A stretch of DNA of 64,000 nt from Takakia lepidozioides (GCA_030704615.1 CM060734.1:17670001-17734000); one strand, 5' to 3'. Shown: positions 50,865-64,000, counted from the first letter of the stretch. Notes: generated by a model from the letters alone, not told the origin. Program-made: numbers and translations.

Positions 50865-52949
50865 TCAGGGGGGACCGCCTGAGGAAATTGGAAGGGGGGG
50901 GGGGGGGTGGGGCCTGCTCGTCGCCGGCCATAACGCCTACGACACCTACGATACCCCTCGACCCTACGCATCTCATCTACGTGCTGCTGGGGGAACCAAC
51001 TGGTCACATCGGGCACATGCTCTGGCACAAATTCTGCAAGTAGACCGGCGCGAAATGCCTCATGTGCAATGTGATTACGAGCTTGGGCATCAAGTCGTGG
51101 CTGCAATGTGCATAGTGAACGACGCATCAATATTTATGTCGTAATTTTGATTCATGTATGCTTACCAATCATACTATATTATTAGATAAACCTAAATGTA
51201 CCTTAAATGAATGGTAATGAGAGGGGTGGGAAAAACACTCACCTTTGCCGCATCCTTCGACAACATGCGGTCGGCGCCTCGGTGGTTTGGTGCCGCCCGG
51301 TGGTATCCGTTCCCAACACTTAGTGCACCAACACTCAATCCTGTCGGGGGGGTCAAAGGTGGACGTGGTTGGACGGGGTGGCCCGCAAGGGGGCAACCCG
51401 TAACGCTCCCGACTCGATCCCGGAGTGTCAACATCCTCCGCATCACCTGAAATTTGGTCCTGGTCCCTTCTACGATTGTGCCCGGCAACCTGTATTGGAT
51501 CAGGTACAATGAGTGGCTCCTCGCCACGAAAAATGGTCGTTCTAGGGCCACAATCGATATGTGGTACTACCTCTCCATCCTCGAGGGAGACGGGTCGATG
51601 TTTCCTCACCATCGCATCCTAATTAACACACACCACCAACACTTTCATTTCTTAAAAACTGTTGGCAAAAAAACCCTATGCCTCAGCCTTGGGGCTTTCA
51701 AAATTGATAACCAAAGGCGGAGCATTCCTATGGTGCTAGAGCCCAAGACAATAAATCCTTCCTCTCGTTCTATCTTCAGGATGCCCACACCATGGAAAAA
51801 ATTGTTGAGACCCAGCGCTTTGCGATTATCAGATTGAACCACATTTTGGGTATGTGAATCCTAATTACACCGTTTATCCTTTTAATCCCAAGACCCACAA
51901 CCAAAACCACTCAATCCAAAACCCAGCACCATAAAGAAAAGCAAACACCCTAACCCAGTACCATATGAAAATAAATAAATAAAAACTAAGAAACCCAAAA
52001 GGCCCTAAACCCTAAACCCAGAAAGGCCGGCCGTCGCCTCTTGCGACACCCTCGCGTCGCATTTGACGACGAGTTTTTTTCATTTTTTTACTTGGGGGTC
52101 ACACCCCGCGACAGACAGCCGTCGCGGGGGGCGACGTGTTTTTTTTTTTTTATGGGGCCGGGGGTCGCAATCAACGACGGCCGGCCGTCGCAAATATCTT
52201 TTTTACATTTCAAAAAAAGGGCGGGACGCAGGCATGCGACGGCCGGGCGTCGCACGTAGGCGCCGCGTTTTTTTTTTCCCTAAGTGCTTGAAGCATCTCT
52301 TTCCCCTCCCGTTTTCGTTTGTTCTTTGGGAGAGAGGTAGTTCAGAGAGTGGGGTTTAGGGTGGAGGAGAAACGCACCTGCTGCTGAGCCCGAGGTGGTC
52401 GCAAGGCCCCAAGGAGTTTTTCCCAACGCCCAAGATAAGCACCGCCTCCTCCCTCACTTTCTGTCTTGTTTTCTTGCCTAAGCACGGGCTGATGTCTCTC
52501 TCCCCTGTGTGGTAGGAACGCCGCGCAGAGGCGCGACCTAACGAGCTGAAGAGAAAGAGAGCCGTGATGAGCGGGGGAGAGATGCCCTGCAGCGGCGGGG
52601 ACCCGCGCCGCTGGCAGCCGCGACAACACTGCAGCAGCTCGCCACGCCAGCTCACTTCAAGCACCAGCAGCAGCAGAGGTACGTCAGGGAAATTGCACTC
52701 TCCTTCTCCTCTCTGCTTCTGTTTACCAGGGTTGCACACGTAAGTGACGTCACGTCGGACCTGACGCTGACGCGACCAACGTCACTTCAGTTTTGCCAAA
52801 AAATCAGTAAAACATGAGTTAGGTGAAAAATATACCACGTAGGTGGACACGTTGTATTCCAAGCGATACCTTGGCAAGAGAATGAATTGTTTTATAAATT
52901 ACTCCATCCGCCAATAGTTGAGGTCATTTTTCAATCATTATTGTTAAAT

Positions 52950-53630
52950 TGGTGCGACCTCCAAATGGTGGTGGTCGCAGAATTTATCTTATTTTTTAAT
53001 AGTTGCGACCACCAGCAAAGGGGTTGTCGCAGCATTTTTTGTTTTTTAAAAATAGATGCGACCACCAGCAGGGGTGGTCGCATTTTTTTCTTTTCTTAAA
53101 CAGTTGCGACCACCGCTACTGGTGGTCGCACAATTTTTATTTTATTTATAATAGGTGCGACCACCATTAAGGGGGTGGTCGCAATATTTTTCTATATTTT
53201 AATATCTGCGACCACCAGCATGGGGTGGTCGCAGCATTTTTCTGTTTTTTTAATAGGTGCGACCACCAGCAGGTGGGTGGTCGCAGATTTTTTTGTTTTT
53301 TTTTGTTTTTAAGAAATATTCTCTATGACCACGAGCATGGGGGTGGTCGCAGCATTTAAAAAAAAAATAGGTTCGACCACGAGCATGGGGGTGGTCGCAA
53401 AAATTTTCTATTTGTTTAATAGGTGCGACCACCAGCAGGGGGGTGGTCGCAATTTTTTTTTGTTTTTTTAATAGGTGCGACCACCAGCAGGGGATGGTCG
53501 CAACAATTTTTATTTTTATTCTTATTTTATAAAATAATCTCTGTGACCACGAGCATGGGGGTGGTCGCAGCATTTTTCTTTTTTTTAATAGGTACGACCA
53601 CCAGCATGAGGGTGGTCACAGCAGTTTAAA
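52950..53630. repeat. Subterminal array of inverted GCGACCACC-N-GGTGGTCGC units separated by A/T tracts (also 57340-57490)
   Basis: About a dozen directly visible units. Confidence 0.9.
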
Positions 53631-54019
53631 AAAAAAAATAACAATCGACTTTCTCGTGCGACCTGGAGCGGTCGCAGCATTGGATCTGATTCGTCGAGCG
53701 TGTGAGGCTTCGAGGCTGGAGAGTATATAAGGTGGTCCCAATGCCCCTCAATTTTTTTTGTGGCAAACACTTTTGTGGCGAGTGAATGTTCTCTATTCCT
53801 TGAGCAAGAGTGTAAGCCCAAGAGGAGGGTGCGGATTTTTTGCTGTTGTGGCTTCCACCAGAGCCACTGCAGCAAATTGTCGAAAAGCACAATATTACAT
53901 GGTGCATTGATCCACTTGGATTGATGCCGTAGTGTTGGGCCATCGCATTCTGTTCTAACTTCTATTGCTCTTGACAAATCTACCAAGTACACTAGTGTTC
54001 TTCGTTCAACCTTAAGTCT

Positions 54020-56196
54020 GTGATTAGGGTTTTGGGTGTGAGGATGAGGGAGGAGTGGATCCCTTGGTTCACCATAGACCCGCACAAAAAGGACGGTGTT
54101 CAATGCAATCTTTGTGCATTGAAGCTGGCGGGTCGCAAAGATCGCATGTTATATCACCTCGGCTACAGAGATGGGAAGAATGCAGGGGTTAGTTTGTGCC
54201 CAAAAGCCTCCATGCGAGTGAAAGCCCACTTTGCCCAATGTGGAGGCAATATCCCACCGTCTCTTGATGTGGCAGCGGCTTCTGAGCCAAACACTCCAGG
54301 TTCGAATCAAACTGTCCCTCAGAGTTGTACCCAGGGGGATTCTTGCAAGGCGTCTACTGTTCATGGAAAAGCCGGTGGGTCAGGAGCAACACTCGATTGT
54401 ACGCCAGCACTTGTACGGACCAGACCATTGAGGCAATAATCAATGCAAGAAGGCTTAAATTTGTCGCACAGGAGGACTCTGGATAAGAAGTGGGCCCAAT
54501 TTTTCTACGAGGCCAATATTCCGTTCAATGTCTCGAGGCTTCCTACGTTTGTGGCTGCTGTCAAAGCCACGTCTGATTCCAAGTCCACATACACACCTCC
54601 GAGTTATCGCAATCTCCGCACAGGATTGCTAGAAGAGACTATGTCTGACCTCACCCAAAAGGTGAATGAAAAGACAGGTGATTCTCTCCGGAAATATGGA
54701 AGCACTATATGTGCGGACGGTTGGAGTTCTGTTACTAATCGACCACTGTTCAATGTCATGTTGGTCTGTCCTGCGGGGGAACAATTTTTGGGATCCGTTG
54801 ACACAAGCGGGGAGAGAAAAGATACACGTTATCAAGCAGGGTTGTTGACGAGTTACATCGATAAAATTGGAGCTGATAAAATTGTCCAAGTGTGCACGGA
54901 CAATGCATCTAACATAGTTAATATTGCCAATATTTTGATTGTACGATGTCCCCATCTATATTACCAAGGGTGTGCTGCTCATATCTTTGATCTCCTTTTG
55001 GAGGATTGGGGAAAAGAATCATGGATGAAACAACTAGTAAAAGGGCAAAGTCGGTTGTGACGTTCATTCGTACACATCACATCCCTCTGGCATTGTTTAG
55101 AAAGCATGAACCCAAATACAGCCTTAGGAACCCGGGTGAAACCCGCTTTGCCACAAACTTTTTGATGGTGGATTGACTGGTGACTGTGAGGGCGGGTCTG
55201 GAGCAGGTGATCATTGACCCTCAATGGGATGCGTATGTGGGCACCTTATGCAACTCTCGTAGGTCCAAGTCTTTAAGCAAAAGTCGGAGGGTCCGCGCAA
55301 TTATTCGCTCCGACGATTTCTGGGCGAAATGTGCAAATTTTGTGTACATGGTGGAGCCGGTGTTGATTGCTTTGCGGGAGTTTGATGGAAAACAATCAAT
55401 AATGGGTAAAGCATGGTTGATATTGGAAAACCTTGAGAAGCACGTACAATCCTTGAGGCGTCCTCCATTTTCTATGGACGATGATTTGGCGGCAAGGACC
55501 GAAGATGCATTTTACGACCACAAACGAATGGTTCGCACGGACTTGCATTATGTGGGGGCATTGCTGAATCCATTCTTGCTGGACAATATGGATTTGAGAG
55601 ACGATGTGGATGCCAAAGCCGGGCTTGTACGGGTCATCATGCAACTTGCGCCCTTGAACATGGCATAGCGAGCGTTGTCCGAGTACCAGTGCTTCTCGGA
55701 TCGGCAGAATCCTTTCCACGACATGCCGGATCGAAAAGCAATGAACATGTTGCCACATGAATGGTGGGATCTGATTGGAGCTGGAACAAGAACGTTAGCT
55801 CCCATTGCAAAGCGTATTCTTGCTCAAGTGTGCTCTGCCTCGTCTTGTGAGCGGAACTGGAGCAGTTACTCGTTTGTTCACAACAAGATTCGCAACAGGT
55901 TGAATCCTGCCAGGGCTGACAAATTGGTTTATGTCTACACGAATTGTAGGCTACTGCGAGAGAGGAGAGCAAGTGACGCATTTGCATGGTACGAGAAGAA
56001 TCTATTGTCTGAAGAATCTGCCTCAGAGGTCCAATCTAGCAACAATGATGACACTGACGCCACGAGGGACTCCGACTCCAACGGTTGGGATGGGTCCGAT
56101 GATGTGGGTAATCCTCCACATGACCCATATGAATTTAATGACGATGATGCTGCAATGCATCCATCCTTCGATGACCTTGTTGTTGATGAACTGTGA
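54020..56196 (+). pseudogene. hAT transposase (BED-like finger, DUF659-type core, hATC dimerization domain)
   Basis: W...CNLC...HL...C; ICADGWS, VCTDNASN, GCAAH; EWW...LAPIAKRILAQVCSASSCERNWS...RNRL; stops at 54437 and 55666, frameshift near 55045. Confidence 0.94.
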
Positions 56197-58810
56197 CATG
56201 GTGTCATCCCAATTGTGGACCCCCTTCCCCCAATGGAGCACACTCTCAACAATGAAGTTGAGGTGAACTCTCCCCCACCACGAGTTCCACGGACTGCGGG
56301 AGATGTGCAGGTCGAATCGTCGGATGATGACAACCGGCCGTTGTCATTCATCCACTGACATCGTGCCCCTGTGAACCGTGCTTCATCTCACCCCGCTCCA
56401 TCTCATGTTTCTCTTTCTCAAGCCGGTCCATCCCATGCTGGTCCATCTAGTCTCTCTCCCCCTCATGTAATTCCTTCCATCGCTACTCCGATCCTGGGAG
56501 ATGGTTCTTCTGCTGCGGGACTTCTGCAAGTCGAACCATCGGATGACAACGACCGGCCATTGTCGTTTCATTTGGCTCGACGACGTCCGCATGTGAACCG
56601 TGCTCCCTCGACCCTCGCTGGTCCATCTCATGCCCCTTCCTCTCATGACGGCCCCTCTAATGTACGTGCGAGTAGCCTTCCTCATACGAGACCTGCTCCA
56701 AGGCCACCACAAAATCCGGGACAAGCCCAGAAACGGTAGAAAATTGTGCAACCTTTTGTTGGTGACCGACCTGTGAACAGGCCTGATACCCTAGATGGTA
56801 TTCATGATAGGAGTGGAAATCGACTAGAGAGACAACTGAACGTACTCCGATGATGACTACAGGTCCAACGGCCAGTTGCCTCTGGAAACGAAAGAACAGA
56901 TGGAGATCATGATTCTAGCACTGATCATGGGAACGGGGGTGAAGTGAGTGGGGACGAAGATTTTGTACTAGACGTGAGATCATACCATCGTCGTCGTGCC
57001 AGACGGAATTAGGTACAGCTATAACTTCTGTGACCTGTCACATGATGTGTAGTATGTTTCCATGGATATCCATGTTTCAGTTTGGGTACATGCATACGTG
57101 TACGGAAATAAAAATGGTGGAATATGTGTACCCAAGAAAGGGTTTGGTGGTTGTGCGTATGTTTGTGTTTCGTCATTACCTTTACATTGTTGATTTCCTA
57201 TTATGGTTTCGAAAGCCACAAAAGCCAGGTGCAGCTCCCAACATTCATTTTCCCCTTCACAAATCCATGGGGAGTCGATACATGTGCTTTTCATCTGCCT
57301 CTCCAAACATACATACAGGTGCAAGGGGACCAACCTCCTGGTGATCGCACCTATTAAAAAAAAAACAATTGTGTGACCACCAGTAGCGGTCGTCGCAACT
57401 GTTAAAATAAAAATAAAATGTTGCGACCACCCCCCTGCTGGTAGTCGCACCTATTTACTGATTACCCCTGGTGGTGGTCGCAGATTTTATTTTATTTTAT
57501 TTTGGGAAACACCTGGGAGCGACAGCTCACAAATCAGGCCCCTTAGTAGTGAGAGGAGAAAATAACCTCTTTCATTTATGCGCCAAGAGGCGTAGGAATG
57601 GGGCACCACACACGAACCATACCACACCCATCAAGTAGCAAGATTTGACCCCAGAATCGTCCGGATCGCACTCAGTGCACTTAACCAACTGAGCTACTGT
57701 ACCTCTCGGGAAGCCCTCCTCTAGCACCCACGTTTTTTTCATTGCACATTGCGTCATATCACTTAGAACTGCCGAGGGAGTGACACGTGCCTCTAGTACT
57801 TGGGGATGATTCATTAGGGAGTAGGATTAGGTACGATTTAGGAGGGTTGGGAGAGCATTTTTCTTAGCAAACACCTGTCGAGTAGGGGTAAGCCAAAGCC
57901 ATAAATGGCGGAGGAGGAAGACAGAGGAGGTCATCCCAGGGATGACGATAATGAACCTGGACCTCCAAAAAAAAAACCAAAAGGGGCCAGGCGCGAACTT
58001 CGTTGGGACATATACAATGACCCCAACATTCTTGCGAAACCAGGTTGGGAAGTTTGGAAGTTGGGGCAGCGGTGGTCGCTTTGTCGCGGCCTTTTGTCTT
58101 GAGGGCAGGGGGTCGGGACACATGAGGGGCTGCCCCTGTGGTGGGGGCAGCGGCAGCGATAGGTATGGGGGGCTGAAGCACCCTTGAGTGCCCAAGGCAC
58201 TCAAGGAGGCGGAGGCGCTCACTAGGTGGAGCCCCGCACACCGGGTTGCGGTGGGGGTGGCTCCACAAGGGGTGGTGGTAGCTTAGCGGGACTTAGTGGG
58301 GGTGGCATAGGACTCACCATGGGGGCGGAGACCTCATGGTGGGAGTCGTGGGGAGTCTTGGGACTCATCACGGTCCATAGGGGCCGTGGTGAGTGGGCCA
58401 AGACTCACCGCGACTCATCACCGGGAGTCGAGGGTTTTCGTGGTGGTTCGCCATAAAATGGCATGGCTGGTTGTGAAACCCCCGCGGACAGCTACAGAAA
58501 TATATATAGGGAGTAGTAACCCGGAGAACGGTGCAAGCCCGTTGGTGACCAAAAACTAGTGAGTAAGCGTGCGAGCCGGAAAGCGACCAAAGAGTGGGGA
58601 GCTTTTCCGGACTGCCAACTACCAAAGGGAATTCCGCTGGTTCCAAATCAGTGGAGGGTTCTTTGGGAGAACAAAGGGGGACCGTTATGCCCCGGTGAGC
58701 AGCCAAAGCTCCAAGTTGGCCCGGCGGCCAGGTTGGGAGTCAGGCGCGCGCATCAAAGCGAGTAGCTATGACTTGAGGGAGGAGCTTACCGAAGTGAGGT
58801 GCCCGACACT

Positions 58811-58822
58811 TGGTATCAGAGC
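58811..58822 (+). promoter_or_regulatory. Primer binding site, initiator tRNA-Met
   Basis: TGGTATCAGAGC 2 nt after the LTR end. Confidence 0.95.
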
Positions 58823-58968
58823 TTAGAGTTCAGTACACGATCGTCCTTGGGATTGGCCTCATCACGGGGTCGGGCAAGCCAAAGCGAAAGCGGAACGGCC
58901 CAAAAGATGATGATCCTGGTGAGCCTGTTGGGGGCGACGTGTCACCGAGGCGGCCGTTTGAGGAAGCG

Positions 58969-61900
58969 ATGCATGTTTCTGAAAACGAGGCCGCTCAAGA
59001 GCGGGAGGAATCCGAGGAGTCGGAGCCCGAGGAATCCTTGAGAGCTCCGACAAACCAAGAGATGCCACCCATGCCGGCAGCCTTGTGGGAAGGGTTGTTG
59101 GCGCAGTTTGGCGGGACGTTGAAAGACGTGTTGAAGGTGGCTAATGCCACTTCCACTAAGGCAAAGTTTAAGGTGAAGCCTAAGGAACCCGGCACCTTCG
59201 AGGGCGTTTGAAATCAGAAGGCACTTAACACCTGGCTCCTGGAGCTAGAGCAGTACTTCCGGGCGGCCAAGTTGAGTGACGAGGATCGGGTGGAAGTGGC
59301 TCCCACCTATTTGAGGGGCTATGCTCAACAATGGTGGCAGAAACGCCTTCACGACCGAGGTCCAAGCCCAGAAACCTTGAACTGGAGTGGGTTCAAGGAA
59401 TTGATGAAGAGACAGTTTGTGCCCCTCAACGCGTCCTGGCTTGCCCGGGACAAGATGAGGAATTTGAAGCAAACAGATGACATTCGGGGGTATGTCCAGG
59501 CTTTCAATGTGCTGTTGCTCAAAGTCGCGGACATGGCAGAACCAGAAATGGTCTTCAACTTTGTGGCAGGACTGACCCCATGGGCCAGGCGGAAGTTGGA
59601 GGAGAAGCCACCCAAGACTTTGAACGAGGCAATTGAGAGGGCTGAATGTTTCTCGGATGTCCCTAAGGAGACAAGGCCGTACGAAGCTGAACCACAAGAA
59701 GACCCGGCGGGAAGGTGACTCCTTCCGACCGGAAAAGAAGTGGGATAGGCCACGCGGCGACAATGGCACGTGGAAATCAAAGGGAGGGCCTTCACACGTC
59801 AAGGCGGCACCCGGTGCTTCGAAAGGAAAAGCGGGTGGGGCGGCTTATGGCGGACAGAAGGCGACCTTTGATGGAGTGTGTTTCAATTGCGGGGAGCCCG
59901 GGCACATGGCCAAGAAGTGCACGAAACCTCGACAATTGAACATGACTTGGGCAACCACGGAGCTGTCGGAAGATACCATCAGTTGCTTGGTGGAAGCGGT
60001 GGTCGCCAGGACTTGCAATGTAGGCAACTATTCTTGTGAGTTGTATCAGGAAACTGGCGCCCTGCGTAAAGGGAGTCAGTTATTGTTCGTGGATGGGATA
60101 ATATCCGGAACTAACATGTCGTTGTTGGTGGACATAGGAGCGTCGTACTCCTTCATGACGCCGGCGGCGGCGCGAAAGTTGGGACTCCCGACAAGTGACG
60201 TGGGGGCCTCTATTGAGGTGCGTTCTGCCAAAGGAGAACCACACTTGGCGACAAGGTTGGCGTTTGATGTTCCTCTTCAACTGGGGAGTTGGGAGGGACG
60301 TGAGAACTTCACCATCTGCGAGATCGATGGAGTGGATCTCATTTTGGGGATGACCTTTTTGAGCAAATCCGGAGCGGTCATAGATGGCCGCAAGAGAGTA
60401 GTCACGCTGCCATGTGGGAATGGTGGCGAGGTCTTACGAGTGTCGGAAACGCCCAAATCCGTGGGAGGGCGAATAAACCTTCTGTCAGCAAGGGAGTGGG
60501 CCGTGGAGGAGGCACACGAGCCCCAGTTTTTGCTTTACATTAGAGAAGTAAAGGGAGAAGGCGATGGGGAGCCGAGCCCAGATTGGATCAAGGGGATTTT
60601 GGAGAAATACCAGGATGTGATGCCGGAGCATTTACTAAGCGGCTTGCCACCGCGAAGAGGAGTTGACCACAAGATTGAGGTGATACCGGGATCGGAACCG
60701 CCTGCCAAGGCACCCTACCAGTTGAGCCACAGGGAGTTGGTCGAGCTGAAGACTCAGCTCAAGGATCTAATGTCAAAGGGGTACATCCGGCCGAGTAAGT
60801 CGCCTTACGGAGCCCCGGTGCTATTCGCAGACAAAAAGGATGGGACGCTGCGGATGTGTGTCGATTACAGGGCTCTGAATAAGGTGACTATCAAAAACCG
60901 GTACCCTTTGCCAAGGATCGACGACCTCTTCGATCGGTTGGCAGGAGCGAAGTATTTCAGCCGGATCGACTTGCGCTCCGGCTATCATCAAATTCGGGTG
61001 GCGGAAGGAGATGAGGAGAAGACCGCGTGCAGGACAAGGTATGGTTCGTATGAGTTCTTGGTGATGCCTTTTGGGCTCACCAACGCACCAGCGACATTTA
61101 GCACGCTGATGAACACCTTTTCAGGAGTGGTTGGATGACTTTGTGATCATGTACATCGACGACATCTTGGTGTACTCGAAAACAAAGGAGGAGCACCTGG
61201 AGCACCTGAAAAGGGTGTTCCAAAAATTGCGAGAAGGGAAGCTGTATGCCAAAGCTTCAAAGTGTGAATTCGGGGTCACAAAAGTGGAGTTCCTGGGGCA
61301 TGTGATTACACAGGATGGGATCAAAATGGATGACAGAAAGGTGAGGGCGATCTTGGACTGGGAGCCTCCGACTTCGGTCCCGGGAGTGCGATCCTTCCTA
61401 GGACTCCCTCCTATTACCGGAAGTATGTGAGAAATTTCGCCAAGATCGCGGGGCCGTTGTCAGACCTTGTGTGTAAATCCAAAGTCTGGGTATGGAACAC
61501 CTTGTGTGGCCAAGCTTTTGCTGAATTGAAGCAGCGGATGGCGGAAGCTCCAGTCTTGAAAATCCCGGAGTTCGATCGTCCGTTCGAGATACATACAGAT
61601 GCGTCGGACTTCGCGATTGGGGGTGTACTGATGCAGATGGACGTCCAGTGGCTTACGAAAGTAAGAAACTGAATGAAGTGGAGCGACGGTGGCCGACGCA
61701 CGAGAAAGAGATGAAGGCGGTGGTGCACTGTCTTGAGCTTTGGCGCCACTATGTTGGTTCCAACCCAGTGAAGGTGTTCACGGACAATGTCACGGTGAAG
61801 TATTTTGCCACGCAGCCCAAGTTGTCTCCAAAACAACTTAGGTGGCAAGATACTTTGGCAGTGTTTGACGTGGATATCGAGTACAAACCAGGACGAGACA

Positions 61901-63470
61901 ACGTGGTAGCCGATGCTTTAAGTAGAAAGCAGCAGCTCTTGTTGGTGTACAAGGGCGAGACGACGCTCCAAAGGAAGATCCGGAAGGCTTGCCGGAAGGA
62001 TGAGCTGGCGAAGTCCGTGATGCAGGACTTGAGGATGGGGTTAAATCGCAGTTCCACTTGCAAAATGGACTGCTCCGGTATAAGCAAAAGTGTCTCTACG
62101 TGCCGAAGGGAGGGATCAGAGATAGCCTCTTGAGAGAATGCCATGATAGCCCGCTTGCGGGCCACGGCGGAGCCAAGCGCACTGCGGCACTCTTGAAGAA
62201 AGAGTATTTCTGGCCCAAACTGAGGAAAGAGGCAGAGGAGTATGTCAAGACATGCACCACATGCCAACAAAACCGGAGCGAGTACAAAAAGCAAGTGGGG
62301 CTGTTACAACCCTTGCCGATTCCAGAGAGGACTTGGGAAAGCGTCTCGATGGATTTCATGACTGCTATGCCGTTGTCAAAAGGATTCGATGCAATCATGG
62401 TGGTGGTGGATAGGTTCAGTAAAATGGGTCATTTCATCCCCACCAAGGAGACGGCAACGGCGCAGGAAACAGGGCGACTTTACTTCGCCCACGTCTTAAA
62501 GCATCATGGAGTCCCAAAGGATATTGTCTCGGACCGCGATCCAAAGTTTACGAGTAAATTTTGGAGGGCACTTTGGAAGAAGATGGGGACGAGGCTGAAG
62601 ATGAGCACCGCCTTCCGACCTACGACCGACGGCCAAACAGAAAGAGTGAATTCCGTAGTGAAGCAGATCTTGCGGAATTACGTGTCGGCAGACCAAACAG
62701 ACTGGGTGGAACACTTAGACGCGGCAGAGTTCTGTTATAATAACACAGAACACTCCGCAACGGGAGTTTCCCCTTTTGTATTGGTCTATGGAAAAGCACC
62801 TCTGGTGCCGACAAGTTGGGCCGCCCAGGACGTTGAGGAACCGGCAGTAGCGGCGGTACTAGAAGAACGCGAGCGTTTGTTGAAGCTCGCAAAGTACAAC
62901 ATTGCCAAAGCTAGGAAACGGTATGAAAGGCAGGTGAATCGGAAGCGGAGGGAAGTGAAGTTTGAGGCAGGCACGGAGGTCTGGTTGAACATCAAGAATT
63001 TCCGACTACCTCCGGAAGTGAGTCCAAAGTTCGTACCTCCGTATGCGGGACCCTTTCGCATCCGGAAGGTTATGAATGAGGATGTGTATGAATTGGAGCT
63101 GCCGGCAAACAGCAAGGTGCATCCAGTATTTCACGTCTCCCTTTTGAAGCCTTACTTCAAAGATGAAGCGCGTCCGAATCGGCATCAAGTGTTGCGTCCG
63201 CCACCTGTGCTGTTGGATCATGAAAATGAACCTGAGTACGAGGTGGAGGCAGTACTTAAGTCGAGGAGGTTCAAGAACCGAGAAACGGAGTATCTCGTCA
63301 AATGGAAGGGCTATCATCATGTGGAGGCATCTTGGGTGCGTGCCTCAGAAATGGGAAACGCATCCGAGGCGGTTGCAGTTTTGAAGGGCGACCTCAAAAG
63401 CGGAAGAAGCGTTGATGGGGACATCAACCTTGGAGCGTGGGGGAGGAAATGCATGCTTAGCCCGGCTTAG
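58969..63470 (+). pseudogene. gag-pol of the chromovirus (gag, CCHC, PR, RT, RH, IN, chromodomain about 63234-63380), frameshifted
   Basis: [93 protein letters not shown]...YLVKWKGY...ASW; stop at 59208. Confidence 0.95.
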
Positions 63471-64000
63471 CTAGCTCAGGAATCCGATTGCAAAAACTTG
63501 TATTGTACAAAAATTTGTTATAAAGGAAATGGGTTCCAAATGTTTGTGTCATATTTGTTTGGAATGGTGATGCATGGTGTGGTTGGCTAGTGTGTAGAAT
63601 GCATGCTAGCTTACAAAAGTGGGAGAGGTAAATTGGGTTAATCGTGTGTTTGCGCAGTGCCGAAATCGGGTGACTCCCATCCAAGGGGCAAGGAAACATG
63701 CGCCTTCTTTGGGAGTTCACGTGCTAGTGCGCACCTGGCGCGTGCGCGTACTATAACTGCGCTACCGAGGTGGTTTGCCTTGTAGTGCGGGCTAACGCGG
63801 AAGCTATGTGCTTCCGTTCACGTACTATAATCGTGTAGCCTCGGGACGAAGTCGTAGTGCGGCTTCGACGTGTTCCCGTACCTCAGGCCAGCATTCCAAG
63901 ATAGACCCAATTGTAGTGATTGGGGCGCACGGTTGGTTCAAGGTTATCTTCCTAGTCAAAGGGGTTCGAGGTGAACCCTTGCGCAAAGTGATGCCAAAAG

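Larger units (their letters stand above)
47690..52286 (-). mobile_element. 5' part of a CACTA-like element with transposase exons and a SET-domain ORF
   Basis: Terminus reads CACTTAGGGAAAAAAA on the minus strand at 52286, GCGAC/GTCGC subterminal repeats 52030-52260, TnpD exons downstream on the same strand. Confidence 0.7.
52727..57500 (+). mobile_element. hAT transposon, left end present, right terminus not found
   Basis: Starts CAGGGTTGCAC; GCGACCACC/GGTGGTCGC subterminal hairpin repeats on both sides of a hAT transposase. Confidence 0.8.
58450..64000 (+). mobile_element. Chromovirus Ty3/Gypsy retrotransposon, Galadriel-like; 5' LTR truncated, 3' LTR runs out of the window
   Basis: LTR end GACA at 58808, iMet PBS, gag-pol, chromodomain, PPT GGGGGAGGAAA at 63439-63449; left boundary approximate. 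Confidence 0.9.

Noticed and set aside
52003-52019. Telomeric repeat CCCTAAA
   Set aside because: Only about two units; at most a telo-box
57500-58450. 5' LTR of the chromovirus or a small gene (MAEEEDRGG...)
   Set aside because: No visible match to 63450-64000 and no recognisable domain; left unassigned

Overview
Eukaryotic, transposon-only window, probably from a non-seed land plant (PLS-class PPR remnants, plant LTR and DNA transposon families). No intact host gene, rRNA, tRNA or CRISPR array is supported. It is a nest of mostly truncated elements. (1) Two copies of a Ty3/Gypsy retrotransposon whose polyprotein carries a DNMT3-like C5-cytosine methyltransferase between protease and RT and a PHD finger after integrase (1-5520 and about 32720-36811). 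(2) Three copies of an Athila/OTA-like Gypsy family with LTRs and a tRNA-Arg-type PBS. (3) Scrambled PPR fragments with a hAT MITE inserted. (4) Three CACTA/EnSpm pieces, one carrying a SET-domain ORF. (5) An apparently intact spliced Mutator-like transposase (GCM-like fold, DDE, SWIM) next to a 53-bp-period palindrome array. (6) A decayed hAT element. (7) A Galadriel-like chromovirus. The main candidate system is transposon-encoded chromatin writers and readers (DNMT3+PHD retrotransposon, SET-CACTA). All calls come from motif reading by eye; no searches were run.
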